A stretch of DNA of 62,699 nt, filler included, from Sphacelaria rigidula (taxonomy: Eukaryota): NCBI GenBank assembly GCA_964200075.2. It is 11 parts of 11 records of this genome, joined end to end, with 100 filler letters (N's around TTAATTAATTAA, not from the genome) between each part and the next. Parts side by side here need not be neighbours in the genome. Positions count along the whole stretch, not along the records: positions 34,255 to 39,863 come from CAXNAA020025894.1; positions 39,964 to 45,572 come from CAXNAA020025895.1; positions 45,673 to 51,281 come from CAXNAA020025896.1; 8 more parts are not named here. One strand, given 5' to 3'. The stretch's first letter is position 1. Each line of letters opens with the position of its first letter. The notes beneath the pieces were generated by a model that saw only the letters and a program-made list of their open reading frames with translations, did no database searches and was not told where the DNA came from. The position numbers and the translations under genes are program-made. Below are positions 36,223 to 48,684 of the stretch, in pieces.

Positions 36223-36815
36223 ATTTAACCACGAGTGAGCGCTCAATGGTTCAATGGGCAAACGGACTCTGATATTCGGGACCGACCTCCCACTATCACA
36301 GGGTTGACCCTGTGCTAGATTGATTGATTGATTGATTGATTATCTCACATTAGCTGGTTGCAACAATCCAGCCCGTGGTCAGGAGCAGCAACAATAGAAC
36401 AGAATAATAAGAGAAAAAAAAAGGAACAGAAAAACCACAGAAGCAACGGCCTTAGAAAGGAATTTAAGGGGGCAGCGATAACAACAAAATCCACCACCAC
36501 ACCTATTTAACCACGAGTGAGCGCTCAATGGTTCAATGAGCAAACTGACTCTGATATTTGGGACCGACCCCCCACTAACACAGGGAGGGTTGACCCTGTG
36601 CTAGATTGAATGATTGATTGATTGATTGGTTATCTCAAATTATCAGCTGGTTGCAACAATCCAGCCCGTGGTCAGGAGCAGCAACAAAAGAACAGAATCA
36701 TAATAATAATAAAAGGAACAGAAAAACGACAGAAGAAGCAACGGGCTTAGAAAGGAAAGAAAAAGGGGGCAGCGATAACAACAGAAACCACCACCACCAC
36801 CACCACCGCCGCCAC
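36223..36815 (+). repeat. Tandem duplication of a ~280-310 bp unit containing hairpin + CTAG + (ATTG)n
   Basis: ATTTAACCACGAGTGAGCGCTCAATGG starts at 36223 and 36505; the first unit has CACAGGG-TTGA-CCCTGTG CTAG ATTG repeats, the second a slightly longer loop. Confidence 0.9.
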
Positions 36816-38627
36816 CAGAGTAAACGTCCCAATTTCGGTACAGTACCAATTACCCGTTTTGGGACCGGGCCTCCAGAATGACGAATGAGGCTGGTTTTGA
36901 ATGCCGTGTCTGGCGTCTGCACGAAACAGTGGCGTGTCGCTGAAAATCCGCGTACGTGAGAGCACGAAGACCGAAAGTTTCATCTAGTCTATTTTCAGGT
37001 GCACAGGTGCAATGGTGTACATCTGATGTAGCAAGCAGTATGGGTCGCGGTAGAGAGCTTCCAACAGGATGCGGCGACCGGCGGGCCGCCCGCCACTTGT
37101 GGATATTGATAATACTTTGTCCCCATCACCTTGCCATACAGCTCTTTGTGGTCGGGGTGGGCCCCTATTTCCCCCTTTGTCGCATGCGGCAAATTATCTT
37201 CGAACGGTATCGGTCTTGTGGCACGCATGCATGCAACAGTTTAGTACAGTACAGCATACAGTACAGTACAATACAGTGTCGTACGCCTCTCTGACTGAAG
37301 CAGCAGCTGTCGCTGCATACTCCCTTTTTGAACGTTCTGGGCAATTCTCAGCTACCGAGATAAACTCTACATACCGCTTCTTCATCCCCACCCACTATAT
37401 ACATAGTAACTGCACCCTGCAAGTTATCGCCAGAGGGATAAGCAGAACTCATGACAAAAGATCCACTTGTCTTTCCACAGCAGTGTTACGCCCAATAAAA
37501 AAATAAGTATAGTCTTCTAGACGCCTCCTTGTAAAATGCTGGATGATGGCAAGTATCCCGATTTCGCGCGGAGGGTCTGCTTCTGCTGTGCATACAGCAG
37601 CGGACCAAACAGCATCGCTCTGGCGGAAGGCGGGAACACGAGGGCGATGGAGGTGTGTTGAAATATAGACAGGCAGCCCCTCTTGCAAGTTTTAACGGTA
37701 GCGGTAACGGAAGCAACGAGTAATCGCAGAATCCGCATGACCGAGGGTGAACACCCCCCCCCCCCCGTGAAACCTGCCCTCCGATGTTTAGGGGGAGCAC
37801 CGCGCTCGTGCTACACCATTGGCGGAGATATGGAGAGCTGTTTCCCCATCTGCAGAAAATAAGCTTTTTCATTGCAAAAAGATTTATTGAAATGCATCCG
37901 TGCTGTTATATAAAAGACTCGGCTAAAGTTTGAAAGTTTAAATTTTGCTCCGCACCCGTGCACGGCTGCTCTGGAGTGCCAGACATGGTGAAAACAGAAC
38001 ACCTAACTTCAGTACAGTACAGTACTGTACTGTACTGTACCTGGTACAGTGCAGTAGAGTCCAGTGCAGCACAGCACAGCACAGCACAGTAGAATATGGT
38101 GCTGCGTACTGCACTGCCACCAAGGGCATAGTGCAGTCCGCCAAATATAAGGGTAGTTGCTGAAGTGTATTTACGTAAGGGCGGTCGGGTCGAATCCTGC
38201 AAGAATCAAATCCTGCGCACTGTGTGCCTGGATAACGTGTATATCTTTGGGTTGCGTCGTCCATCACGCACATCGCTGACAGTGCCCCTGTTGGCTTCTG
38301 GAGCGCATGTTCGGAACCCCCGTCCGTATTCTAACGGCCGTAAACGTCGAGCAACACCTATGGAGTCGACGCCGACATACAAACGCACTGATTATCAACC
38401 CTCCACCCATTCACCCCCCGGTCCATTCCCTCCCTTTTGACAGTAGATGTGGAGGATACCCAAGACTCACTCACGGGGTGCAACGTCTGGATGCCTGCTT
38501 GGACGTCGGCGGGGGCAGTCCGAATGTTGCATACGATGCCAATGTCGATCCTGAGGTAACAGCTCCACGAGTCCCAGGTTGCTGCATGGTTCCAAGGTTG
38601 TGTTCTGCAGGATACGGTTCTCTGTAT

Positions 38628-39140
38628 ACCCGGAGTATTTTCCCGGGTATTTACCGTCCCCGACAGTTCTGTGACTTCTGTAAGGCGTTCATACCGGTAC
38701 CCGACAGTTGTGTAATCTCTCTAAGACTTTCATACCCTCACCATATAGTTCTGTGAGTTCTGTAAGCCTCGCGTACCGTCACCGGGGGGTACGGGTACGC
38801 CTTTGATAAGATACCCGATTGCGGGTACGGTTTTCTGTGCAACCTTCTTATCCTGCCCGACAGTTTCTGTGAGTTCTGTAAGCCTCCCATACCCTTGCCC
38901 GACAGTTCTGTGAGTTCTGTACATATTGTTTACCCGCACCCGGAGCGCGGGTATGCTCTTGAAGACCAACCCCACTGTCGGTACGGTTCTTCTGTACGTC
39001 TCCCATATCATACCCGACAAGTTCTGCAATTTCTGGGATACTTTTATCCAGTACAGGTACCCGACAGTTCTGTGAGCTCTGTAAGCCTCCCATACCCCTA
39101 CCCAGGGTTAGGGTATACCGTTGTAGATATACCCGATTGC
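38628..39140. repeat. Second copy of the CCGACAGTTCTG subrepeat element
   Basis: Collinear with 4585-5085. Confidence 0.8.
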
Positions 39141-39649
39141 AGGTACAGCACAGGTATATACATTGGAGAGGTATGAATATAGGCTCAATCCAAACACAAC
39201 CTCGTGACCTGAACATGTACCCCCCATCGAGCAACTCACCCTACTCCTTCATTCAACACTGGACACCAACAAAAAATCAATGTTGGAAAGTTCTTTAGTT
39301 TACAATTCGACGGGATACGAGGTACTGCTGAGTGGAAACACGAACCATGAGCAGCACTGCAGACCGTCTGAATGGATCACCCCCAGACTCGAGTGGGGCG
39401 ACTCACCTACGCCACCAGTGGAGCAAGTAGCAAGACACACGCCATCGACGTTGATGGTGGTCGTGCCGTGGTCATCGAACCCCAGGCCGTTATCGACATG
39501 CACAGCAGAGAATATTAGCTGCTACCGGAAGTCGTCAAGGCCGTCGACGATTCCGTTGTGCCGAGGGGCTTCCAGAGAGCGGGCAGCCGTGAATGCTTCT
39601 TCATGTACACCGTGGGGGTGTACGTGAAGCCGATGGATGTTGACGATCC

Positions 39650-39773
39650 CGCGCACATATACTGCTGCGTGTGCTCGTGTAGAATTTCTCTATCAGCCCC
39701 GTGAAGTTGTTCAGAGTTTTTGTTAACGGCCATCCGTAGTTCGCCACGGTAGTGACGCAGGTCCCACCACAGG
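39650..39773. repeat. Dispersed repeat end shared with 4420-4541
   Basis: Both end in TAGTGACGCAGGTCCCACCACAGGG with upstream similarity. Confidence 0.7.
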
Positions 39774-40420
39774 GAACAGTATTTTCGTGAGATTGAGAGT
39801 AGATGGTACGATTGAGAGTGGCTTTGATCATTCGCTTTAAATGAATCATTTTTTTATTCCACGNNNNNNNNNNNNNNNNNNNNNNNNNNNNNNNNNNNNN
39901 NNNNNNNTTAATTAATTAANNNNNNNNNNNNNNNNNNNNNNNNNNNNNNNNNNNNNNNNNNNNTAATCCTCCGGGTTCTCATCCTCAATCAAAAGCACCA
40001 TCCTCAACATAGATGATTGGCTGTTTGCAGCACCCCCGCGTGCCATGGTGAATGCTGCTGGAGGCCAGCCGTTAACTCTTTGAACACGAGGGTAGTTTAT
40101 TTGGTCATTATTCAGTAAAAAATTCCAAGTGAAACTGATGTTGATTGAGTCAACAGATAGGTGGCCTATGCTCGCGGTCAAAGGTTTAATGAGGACCCTA
40201 AATAGAAGATACATGCATTTTTTTTTTCTCAAGTATACTTCGTCGTTGAAACCATGCTTGAGGACGTGAGGAGCGAGAAAAGAAGAGTGTTGACCCTTTG
40301 ACCGCAATTGTAGTTCACCCGCTGAATCGGCATCAATATTCACTTGAAGAAGTATGCATGATGCATATGGACTATCCGCACCCCGGTCTAAGGGTTAAAC
40401 GGAGTCTGCTGCTCGACGAG

Positions 40421-40726
40421 AAACAGTGTGTTCGTGAAATTGAGAGTAGAGGATACGATTGATTGAGAGTGAAAAGCGGTCAATTAGTGAATAAGTCGTT
40501 TCAGTTCCGAAATGCCCTTCCACAAGGCTCAATATGCTTTCTGTAGTTGCCAGCCACGAAGGCTCTTGATATTCCTGAGTAGGATACCGACGTGTAGCTG
40601 TGAGCTCACGCAAGTGATAAAGGCAAAGAAAAGCACACACGGAATGAAAAATTGGCTAGGTTAAAGCGAGTGATCAAAGCCACTTTCAATAAGCGCTCTA
40701 CTCTCAATTTCACGAAAACGTTGGTT
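40421..40726. mobile_element. ~300-bp MITE with AACAGTGTTTTCGTGARATTGAGAGTAG-type TIRs; partial copies at 5539-5609, 11419-11547 and 39775-39863
   Basis: Inverted ends TTCGTGAAATTGAGAGTAGA / TCTACTCTCAATTTCACGAA; four copies in the window. Confidence 0.8.
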
Positions 40727-43700
40727 GGTGAGGGTCGACGCGCTGGGGCAGTGTTGGTCATGATCCAATCCGCGAGACCACCATGAATGCACAGTGAGTG
40801 TACGGGGGGGAGATGGTCGCCCCGAGGAAGGGGAGGGGCCTCGAAGGTGCGATACAATAAATGAATACGCGCACACAATTTTAGTATCATTCTTCCGTGT
40901 ATTGTGCATATACCACCCCCTTCCCCACAGACATTGTAATAATAAAAGCGGGTATACATCGTATGGAGGCGTACGTGTAGAAGGAAGAAAGTTCCAAAAG
41001 TTGCGATCTGGCCGTCTATACCACCGTTGTGTGTTCGCAGAAGGAAGCTCCTCCCGGCGTTTTGTTCTTCATACATGTATACGTTTCTGACGCCAGATGG
41101 AGGAGAGAGCCATTCTCTGTCTCCATCTGCGGCCCGCCGCAGCGACTGGATTGAACACACAATGCTTGCATGTCGTACAAGCTTACACAAACTAGCTGTC
41201 GGCTGCGGGCCGAAAACGAACATAGGTTGACAGGCACGGAGACTTATTATACGGTACAGTACCGTAGGAATCAGGTCCCGCGCGAACATGACGAAAGCAC
41301 TAGGAATGCCTTGGAAATCATCAACCGAACAGGGCTTGACCGCGGAAACAGCGGACGAGCCGATAGTGCGTGCCGGGGTGATCGCTTGCGATGATTTCTG
41401 ATGGTCCTCGCCGTTACAGAAACTGGTTTGGGGTCACATGCGACTGATGACACGTGAATGAAGGAACATCGACTTCTCATTTACATGGGTGTTGGGTGTA
41501 CTTGCTTTTTTCGCGAAAACTTGTACACGTGACATATGTACCTTGCACCGAACGCCACTCGTTGGACTGTAAGCCCCGAATGTCAAGCACCTCGAGGAAG
41601 AGGACTAGCACCCGCAGACATGTACACCGGCAGCCCCATGCTCGGGTGTAGGTGTCAGGTAGTAGCCTCGAAGTGGCCGGTTCAGCAAAGAAGCTTGGGT
41701 GCGGACAACCGCAGCTGTCGTTTATGCGACTACTTTTTTTGTTGTACACTGAAAGGTACAGATGGGGCTACTATACCGACCAAGGGGTCCAGGAGCTTAA
41801 CTACCCATACAGTACTGTAGTACGATGGGGAGCGTCTAACCCCGCGTGCCTAAACGCGTGATCATGTAAATGGTCAAATGAGACGGAAACTAAGAAGAAA
41901 AGAACATTGAACTCGTGCGAGTAGATCCTACTAGATGCTACTGTACTGCTGTGACGGGGGGATGGGTTTTTGACTCCATCATGGCATTGTGTGTGCGTGA
42001 TGACCGCTTCGATCTACAATGTGCTGCCGACCACACGCGTAAGACCATCACACTTAGTTCATATATACCTGTACATGTATCATGCGGCACGCACGCAAGT
42101 CAACTCGTATCTCTGTGACCATGTCACTTACAGCCTACCATATACATCGTCAGTTGGGAGAGAGAGTCAAGTGCCACAGTCCAGAAAAAGGTCGCCCACA
42201 GCGAAAGCCGTTGTTCCTCTTCAGCAGAGCCCATAGCGGAATGAAAGATAACCTGGAGCGCAATAAAAATGTCGACAGATATCACGCCATCGGCTACTGG
42301 TCCCTTCAGTTATACTTTGTAGCAGTACAGGCATATGCGTCACACCTTCACCGCTGACGTCACCTCGACATGCTGGACTTCTTCACCCCCGAAACGCGCA
42401 AGCGAACACATCTTCTCCGATTAAGAGTCCACGTAATCCTTTTGATTTCTGTAACATACACCAAGATCATATATAATACAAGGATTGTTGGACTTAAAAC
42501 CACGGGTCTGACCATGAACTCTGTAGGGTACTAAAACTAGATGTATAAAACTTCCATTTATGACGTATGCAGTGAACATGATTATAAAGTATAATTACAT
42601 CATGATGTATATCAAATAAGACTCTTATATTAATGATCATAGCCAGTTGCCCATGACGTAGCTCTCATTCACACAGCAATACGGAACCTGTTCGGCTGGG
42701 GGCATCAAATATCGACAAATTCGGAAGCGTTGATTGACTTCGGACATCGAGCAGGCGGGCATGGAACGATAGCTGCGCGACCACGGGCGGGATCAACAAT
42801 TATACACGCGACGTCCAAAAAGAAGAGACAAATCGAGACCTCTAACAGTGCGCGGCGAATAAAAATCGATTGGCGCGAAACACCGCGTGTCGGTACTGCA
42901 GCGGTGAGGCAAAGGGGTCCAGAGAGAGACAGAGTTGTTGAAGGTTGAGAGAGCTCCACTAGGGAGAAAGGAGGGGTTCGAGGTGATTGTGGTCGTTAAC
43001 TGCATAAGTCGTTTATGGCTACCGGAGTGTCGTTGCTGTATTGTAATCCTTTATGATGATGATGGCTTCCAAAATGGAAGCACGCGAACAACGGCAATTG
43101 GGAGTTCGGTCGACCCAGCGAACTACTGCACGGCGCAGCCGTAGTGGAGGTCAACATCAGGGTAAGTTATTTATGATACATGCCGGCCCTGCATACATAC
43201 AAGCATTCATGCATGGATTGATGGTGTTGTAAATTGAAACATGCTCATGAGCTGTCCTGCTTGCTGTATGTATTGTTGTACTGTCTGTGCCGTCCTCAAG
43301 ACCGACATACCAGGCAATCACCGTCAATCTCCTGTACAGCTGTACCGTATTTTGGACGCTTGTACTGAAATAGGAATCATCATGTCCACGTTTACACATT
43401 CACTTCATGTTTTGATGTCAAGAATGACTGCTTCGTTTTGTTAAGAACAAAGAGGACAAGGCTATTCAAGAGAAGCACGTGATGTTGTTCCGAAGTGCTA
43501 CATTATGTAACATTGTCTGCCGTAGTTGTTTTTCGGCTGGCGTGTGTTTGAGTTCATTCTTTTACGCCGTACGCGCCCGAATGCGTGCGTTCAGCCTACA
43601 GTAATGAGAGTACTGCCGTGGGTGTGAACGTTAATATGCGTTGATTCGCGACACGCCGTGCATATCTGTTACCAGCGGAGGGGGGTACTGTCTATGTTCC

Positions 43701-44560
43701 TCTCGATTTTGATTCTGCGGAACACACACACCACGCGCAGAAGGTGACAAACGAAACGCAGCATTGGATGTACTTATTGTCGATACTGCCATGTTGTCAT
43801 AACGTGTTATACAATATGCCGTTTACCGGTAACAACTGCTATTCGTTTGTACCCCCATTCATTTGCCTTTAGAAGCACAATATGGCGTCACACAGTTACG
43901 CAAGCAAGGCGTCACGCACTTGACTCAGCACCAGCTGCTGTATCGTACATGCGACATCAACAACCCAATGCGTGCTGCCTTGTGCGGTTGCGCTGTGGCG
44001 TCCTGTCGGCAGCAGCTGCGACAGAGTATACGTAGATGCGTGGGTGTACTTGCAGCTCATTGGCGACGGAGGCTGCCATTGGTGTCGCACCACTTTCGTG
44101 CGAGAGCTTGAATCGCCCAGACTATGGGCTCGATAAAATTCCGAACGCGCTCGGGCGCGTGTGTTTGCATCCCTAATGCAGAAATGGAACACCATAAACC
44201 CGATTTGTGCAGCGTACTAACATAGCAACGGCGTTTGTGTTCGGATTTTATCAAGACGCGCGCTCCCGCCGCTGCTTGCTGCTCGCTGCCGCATCACCAG
44301 ACGAGCAAACCTTTCGAAGCTTCCAGCTTACAACAACACACGTGCATGACCTTGACAACTGTCGGAAAAAACAGAACTTCGATTCTGAATAGCCGAGAGG
44401 GAGAAAGCACCCAAGCATCCCGTGCCCCGATGCTGGCCCTTTGCTTGCGCCCTGCTCCAGCTGCGGGCAAACCCATAAACACCTACGGCACGATCACCCC
44501 TCCCCAAGTCAGCTCGCCCCCCCCTCCCCACATGCACGAAATCACCCCTGGAAAACCTAG

Positions 44561-44742
44561 GCATGCGCCACGACGGGCAGCAGGATGCGGATGACCCCAG
44601 TTCGTCAGGTGCGGAGTCCGATTTAGGACAGGGGCAAAATGGCTCGGGAAGCCACGGAGGGAGAGGGTCCCAGCACGAGGGTGATGGGGGTGGCGGTGAT
44701 ATGGACAGTAAACGCAAGCGACGCTTGGAGCTGAACCGTAAG
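44561..44742 (+). CDS. Exon of a bZIP transcription factor (start of basic region)
   Basis: AG..GT bounded; G/S-rich linker then DMDSKRKRRLELNRK, the typical bZIP basic region cut by an intron before A-A-x-x-S-R. Confidence 0.75.
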
Positions 44743-46415
44743 GTGACGATGATGAGCAACGGTGTATTGGTGTCTGTGTGCCGAAACGAAAACTTCAATT
44801 CGGGGTAAGACAGGGGATCATTTTATTATCGTTAATGCCTGCTTTGTTGCCATGCTGACACGTGTCTGGTTTTTTCCCTCTGTTATAAGTATCGTTTTTG
44901 CACGACGTCGTGTAGACGCCAACAAGTACAAAGCCCATGAGTAGTTAATAAAGTTGGGGACCCCGTAGCGATGAACAACATTGAGGTATTTCGCAGCCGC
45001 TGGTCGATTGTGTGCCATTTGCAAAGGGTGCTTCATCCGGTGTGTAGATCATAAGCTGATCGTGAAATTGTTCGTCTCCATTTTGAACACGCCGCCATTT
45101 TGTATCAGCGGGTGGGAGAAGACCTGCACAATCACCTGGTGTTGACTATACTCTGGTTCTATAGTATACAGATACTCTGCGTTGGTTTTATACGGACGTA
45201 CAAGTTCAAAACGAGACAAGTCATGCTGAACCTGGAACGTAGTTCGCACAGATCACATTTTTTTTGCTGCACGCGACCGACTGACGAACGGCACGCCTGT
45301 TTCCAAGTGCTTGTCGGTGCTGATCACATGGTACGATTTGGCGTTCTGCGCCACGGTGTACCCTGTATGGCGTCGTCCTCAGTTCAAAAATGGGAATACA
45401 AAGTTCATGGGTGAGCCCGGCAAGCCTAGTGAATGGGCTGGTTCGGTGCGGCTAATCCCCCCCCCCCATCCCCTTACTATGGCATGCATGATCATGAGCA
45501 CACCCCCATCCCCTTCGCGCTTGGTGATTGAGTGCGAGCCTGGTCCGGCGAAAATCCGGCGTGCTCCGTCCCNNNNNNNNNNNNNNNNNNNNNNNNNNNN
45601 NNNNNNNNNNNNNNNNTTAATTAATTAANNNNNNNNNNNNNNNNNNNNNNNNNNNNNNNNNNNNNNNNNNNNCACGCATCCCTTTCGAGACGGAGCAGGG
45701 GGGGGGGGGGAGCGGTACCATCCCTATTGGGCGTGTGCGACAGAACTGAATGTTCTCCTTATGGTATAGTAATGTAGCAATACAACCGATCGATTGGTCG
45801 AAACCGTTCATTTTTTCTGTACAAGTTGCCGAACATGACCCATTTGGCGGTCGAGAGGGTGACTTTGACCATTCCTACAGCAACCATTCATACCCATCAA
45901 TAAAGGACACGGAAAAGAGTGTGAATATGTTCATTGATAGCTCGCTCTGACAAGTTGACCTGACTGATTATTGTTTGACAAATGCCGGTAAGAACTCTCA
46001 CAGGTGGTCCCTATGGTAATGTAGCAACATATTTGAACCGTACCTAGCAAAATTTGGAAGGCTATCATCATGCGCACCGCTGTTGTGAAGACCGATCCCT
46101 TCCCAATTGAGGGATTTTGCTGGTACTCGAAAAAAACAGCCTCAACGGCTAGCCTTGAGAAATGGATACCACGAGTATAAGTCATCCCTCACGTGCGTGT
46201 ACGTGGAATATGATGCGTCATCGAAAAAAACACGCCTCAAGATATACTGCTAACGGTGACATCATAAAACAGGCAAAAAAAAACTACTTTGCGGTTCATA
46301 TCAGCGTGTCATCCATTTCGGAGCACCTACTCTGGAACTCAGTAGCGTTGGCTTGAGAACGTTTCATCATGCAAATACTTCGGAACAGCAGTTCGCGCCC
46401 AAAGTTGTACAGTAC

Positions 46416-46511
46416 CTGCCAGTTGCGAGAGAAGTGACGCATGGGCACGCCTCCCGGGTACGAAACGTCGTCGTACACCTCCCAAAAGAAGAACATCGGA
46501 CAACAGCAAAC
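46416..46511 (-). CDS. 96-nt exon, probable CocE/NonD (peptidase S15) family hydrolase
   Basis: CTCAG| ... CAG|GTACT, phase 0-0; VCCCPMFFFWEVYDDVSYPGGVPMRHFSRNWQ resembles the D-x-Y-x-D-x-x-YPGG..W motif. Confidence 0.5.
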
Positions 46512-47029
46512 CTGAGATGCAGCGACGAATAGGCGTACATCATGTGTGGAGTGCAAAGGAGGCAGTGCGATCAAACCAGTTCCGAAGAAACGATGCCGGT
46601 CAGGGAATAAACATATCCAAACGTAGGGTCATACATTCATACTTCGAGGTATATCACAGGAATCACGATCACGTCACAATTTGGAATATGATCAGGCCTC
46701 GTCGGGTCAAACGTCATCGAACACATGTTTGCAAAGCTTGTGACCGACCACACCTCGATTCCTCGGGGATCAGTTGACCTACGACGATCAATCCTTCAAC
46801 CAGCCAATCAGCAACAAGAACAGAGGCACCCCTGCAACGTCTTACTGAGGATTGGCAGATAGACAGGTGCAAGCAACAAAGAAAAACGACTCGAAAAAAT
46901 GGATATGATATTAATTAGCTCTTTGACCGCGACGGTTTGGTCACATGCTGAGTCGGCATCATTTTTCACTTGAAAAAAGTATGCATGGTCCAGATGGACT
47001 ACCCTCGCGGTGTAGGGGTTTATCGGACT

Positions 47030-47830
47030 ACAAAGATGTTGTTTTGCAAGAGGGAATGAAACAAACGGTCATTCGTCACCCACCATTGCTTATACAACAG
47101 ATGCGTGTCTTAGGGTGGGTGGGTCCGCTGAAAGACATGATTGGGGCTTCGGTGCCATGTGGCTTCAGCGAAAGTGGGCCGATGACTTTGTGTCGTCTTG
47201 GCGCAGTATATCTTCCCATTCGGGAGCGTGAGTCGGTCAATGTTGATCTTGGTGTGAAGACCGAAATCCGGATCTTTCATGGGGGCTATGCTTTTATCAT
47301 TCTCCTAGCGTCCGAGAACGCGTCCTTGTCTAATTCGGCGCCTGGGGCGCCGATTCGAGGTCTGGCAACGCACCCTTCGCCTACGAAACACGTTGCACCC
47401 GCCTTGCCCGATGGTTCTCGGTATGCCTTCGTTAGAGCCAGTGTTATAATTTGTTCTCTCCGCTGCTGCGAGGTCGCGAAGATGATTCTTGCTTCTGGGA
47501 GCTCGGTCGAAGGTTCAAATTCTGCAACATTCCACATATCCGATGTATCAACTATCTGCACTATAGAGTCATTAGACAGGGGTGAAGTTTTCGTGTTTTG
47601 TGGAGACCGGCGAGGGTTGGAGGTGCGTCTTTGCGATCACAGCTCAATCTGTTTCAGAGAATACTCATCGCCACGGCCATCGATTGGGATGCGACTTTTT
47701 GCATCATCTGCGTCCAGACAACGGCTACAATTGTACGGGTTGAACTTTTTTTTCTTCATCAGGATGCGAGTTTTATAACGAATTGAGTGAAAAAAACATG
47801 GGTTTTTTGCAATTTTTCGATCACCGTAAC
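47030..47830 (-). pseudogene. Heavily decayed LTR-retrotransposon pol remnant (RNase H end to integrase zinc finger)
   Basis: Fragments HSIRYK..ADDAKSRIP (cf. ADALSR) and LPNGKIYC..LLYKQWWV across frames. Confidence 0.4.
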
Positions 47831-48684
47831 GTCTTAAATAAAAGCAACCAGTACAATTGTAGCTTGGACGCATACACGCCGGTGAGTAGCCGAGCCACGC
47901 CGTGGTTGGTCCTCTGGAACAAGAAAACTAATAAAGCGTGGAATGGAAACCCTGCTTCAAATCACAAGTACTTCGAGGGATTTTGCGGCGTGCATAGTCA
48001 GAGGATGATCGACATCTCCGGTCTGTTCGGGTCTGCTTGTGCTTTTGGTCGATGACACTTTTTGGGCTCATTTTAGGGGGTCAGGCGCGCCCATGACTGT
48101 AGCGCTCTAGTATGGTCCTTACAAGTGCGATCGAAGTCGCTGTGCACAACCCCGACCCTTCTTCTGTTCACTAGTTGCAAGCACATGCACTCTACCGCGC
48201 TCGGACGAGGTGTCAGTCACGTGTGATTCAAATATGGCGTACACGCCATCACCCGCATTCAATAAGTGGAAGCCTGACAGAAGAGTGACACTGCACGTTG
48301 CAGTGGGGCCAAGGTCATGCACAGAGATTCTCCTTTCAACTATGCCACTACGGCACGATCGTTTGCACCAGGACGTTCACAGTCCTTTCTTCGGCTTATG
48401 AGCCACGTAGAGTATGAGCTAAACTTAAAAGCCGCACATCGGTGAAACGAACTGCTTGAGTTCCAGGCTCGCAACTGATCTGCCCATTCCTCGGGGGCAA
48501 AGATAGATTAAGGAAGAACAGCCTGCGGGAGCTAGATGGGTCCTAGAAAGCTTTTACAAACCGTCGGAACATTTCAAGGGTAACGAGCAAGAGGGGCTGC
48601 CCCTCCACGGCATCATGACAACACGAGGCAGGTACCGAAGAATCTCCAGGAGGCCGGATCATCAGCTGTGAGACATATGGGATG

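Noticed and set aside
46945..47778. 277-aa plus-strand ORF
   Set aside because: Begins inside a repeat end and lies antisense to a retroelement-like remnant; no domain recognised.
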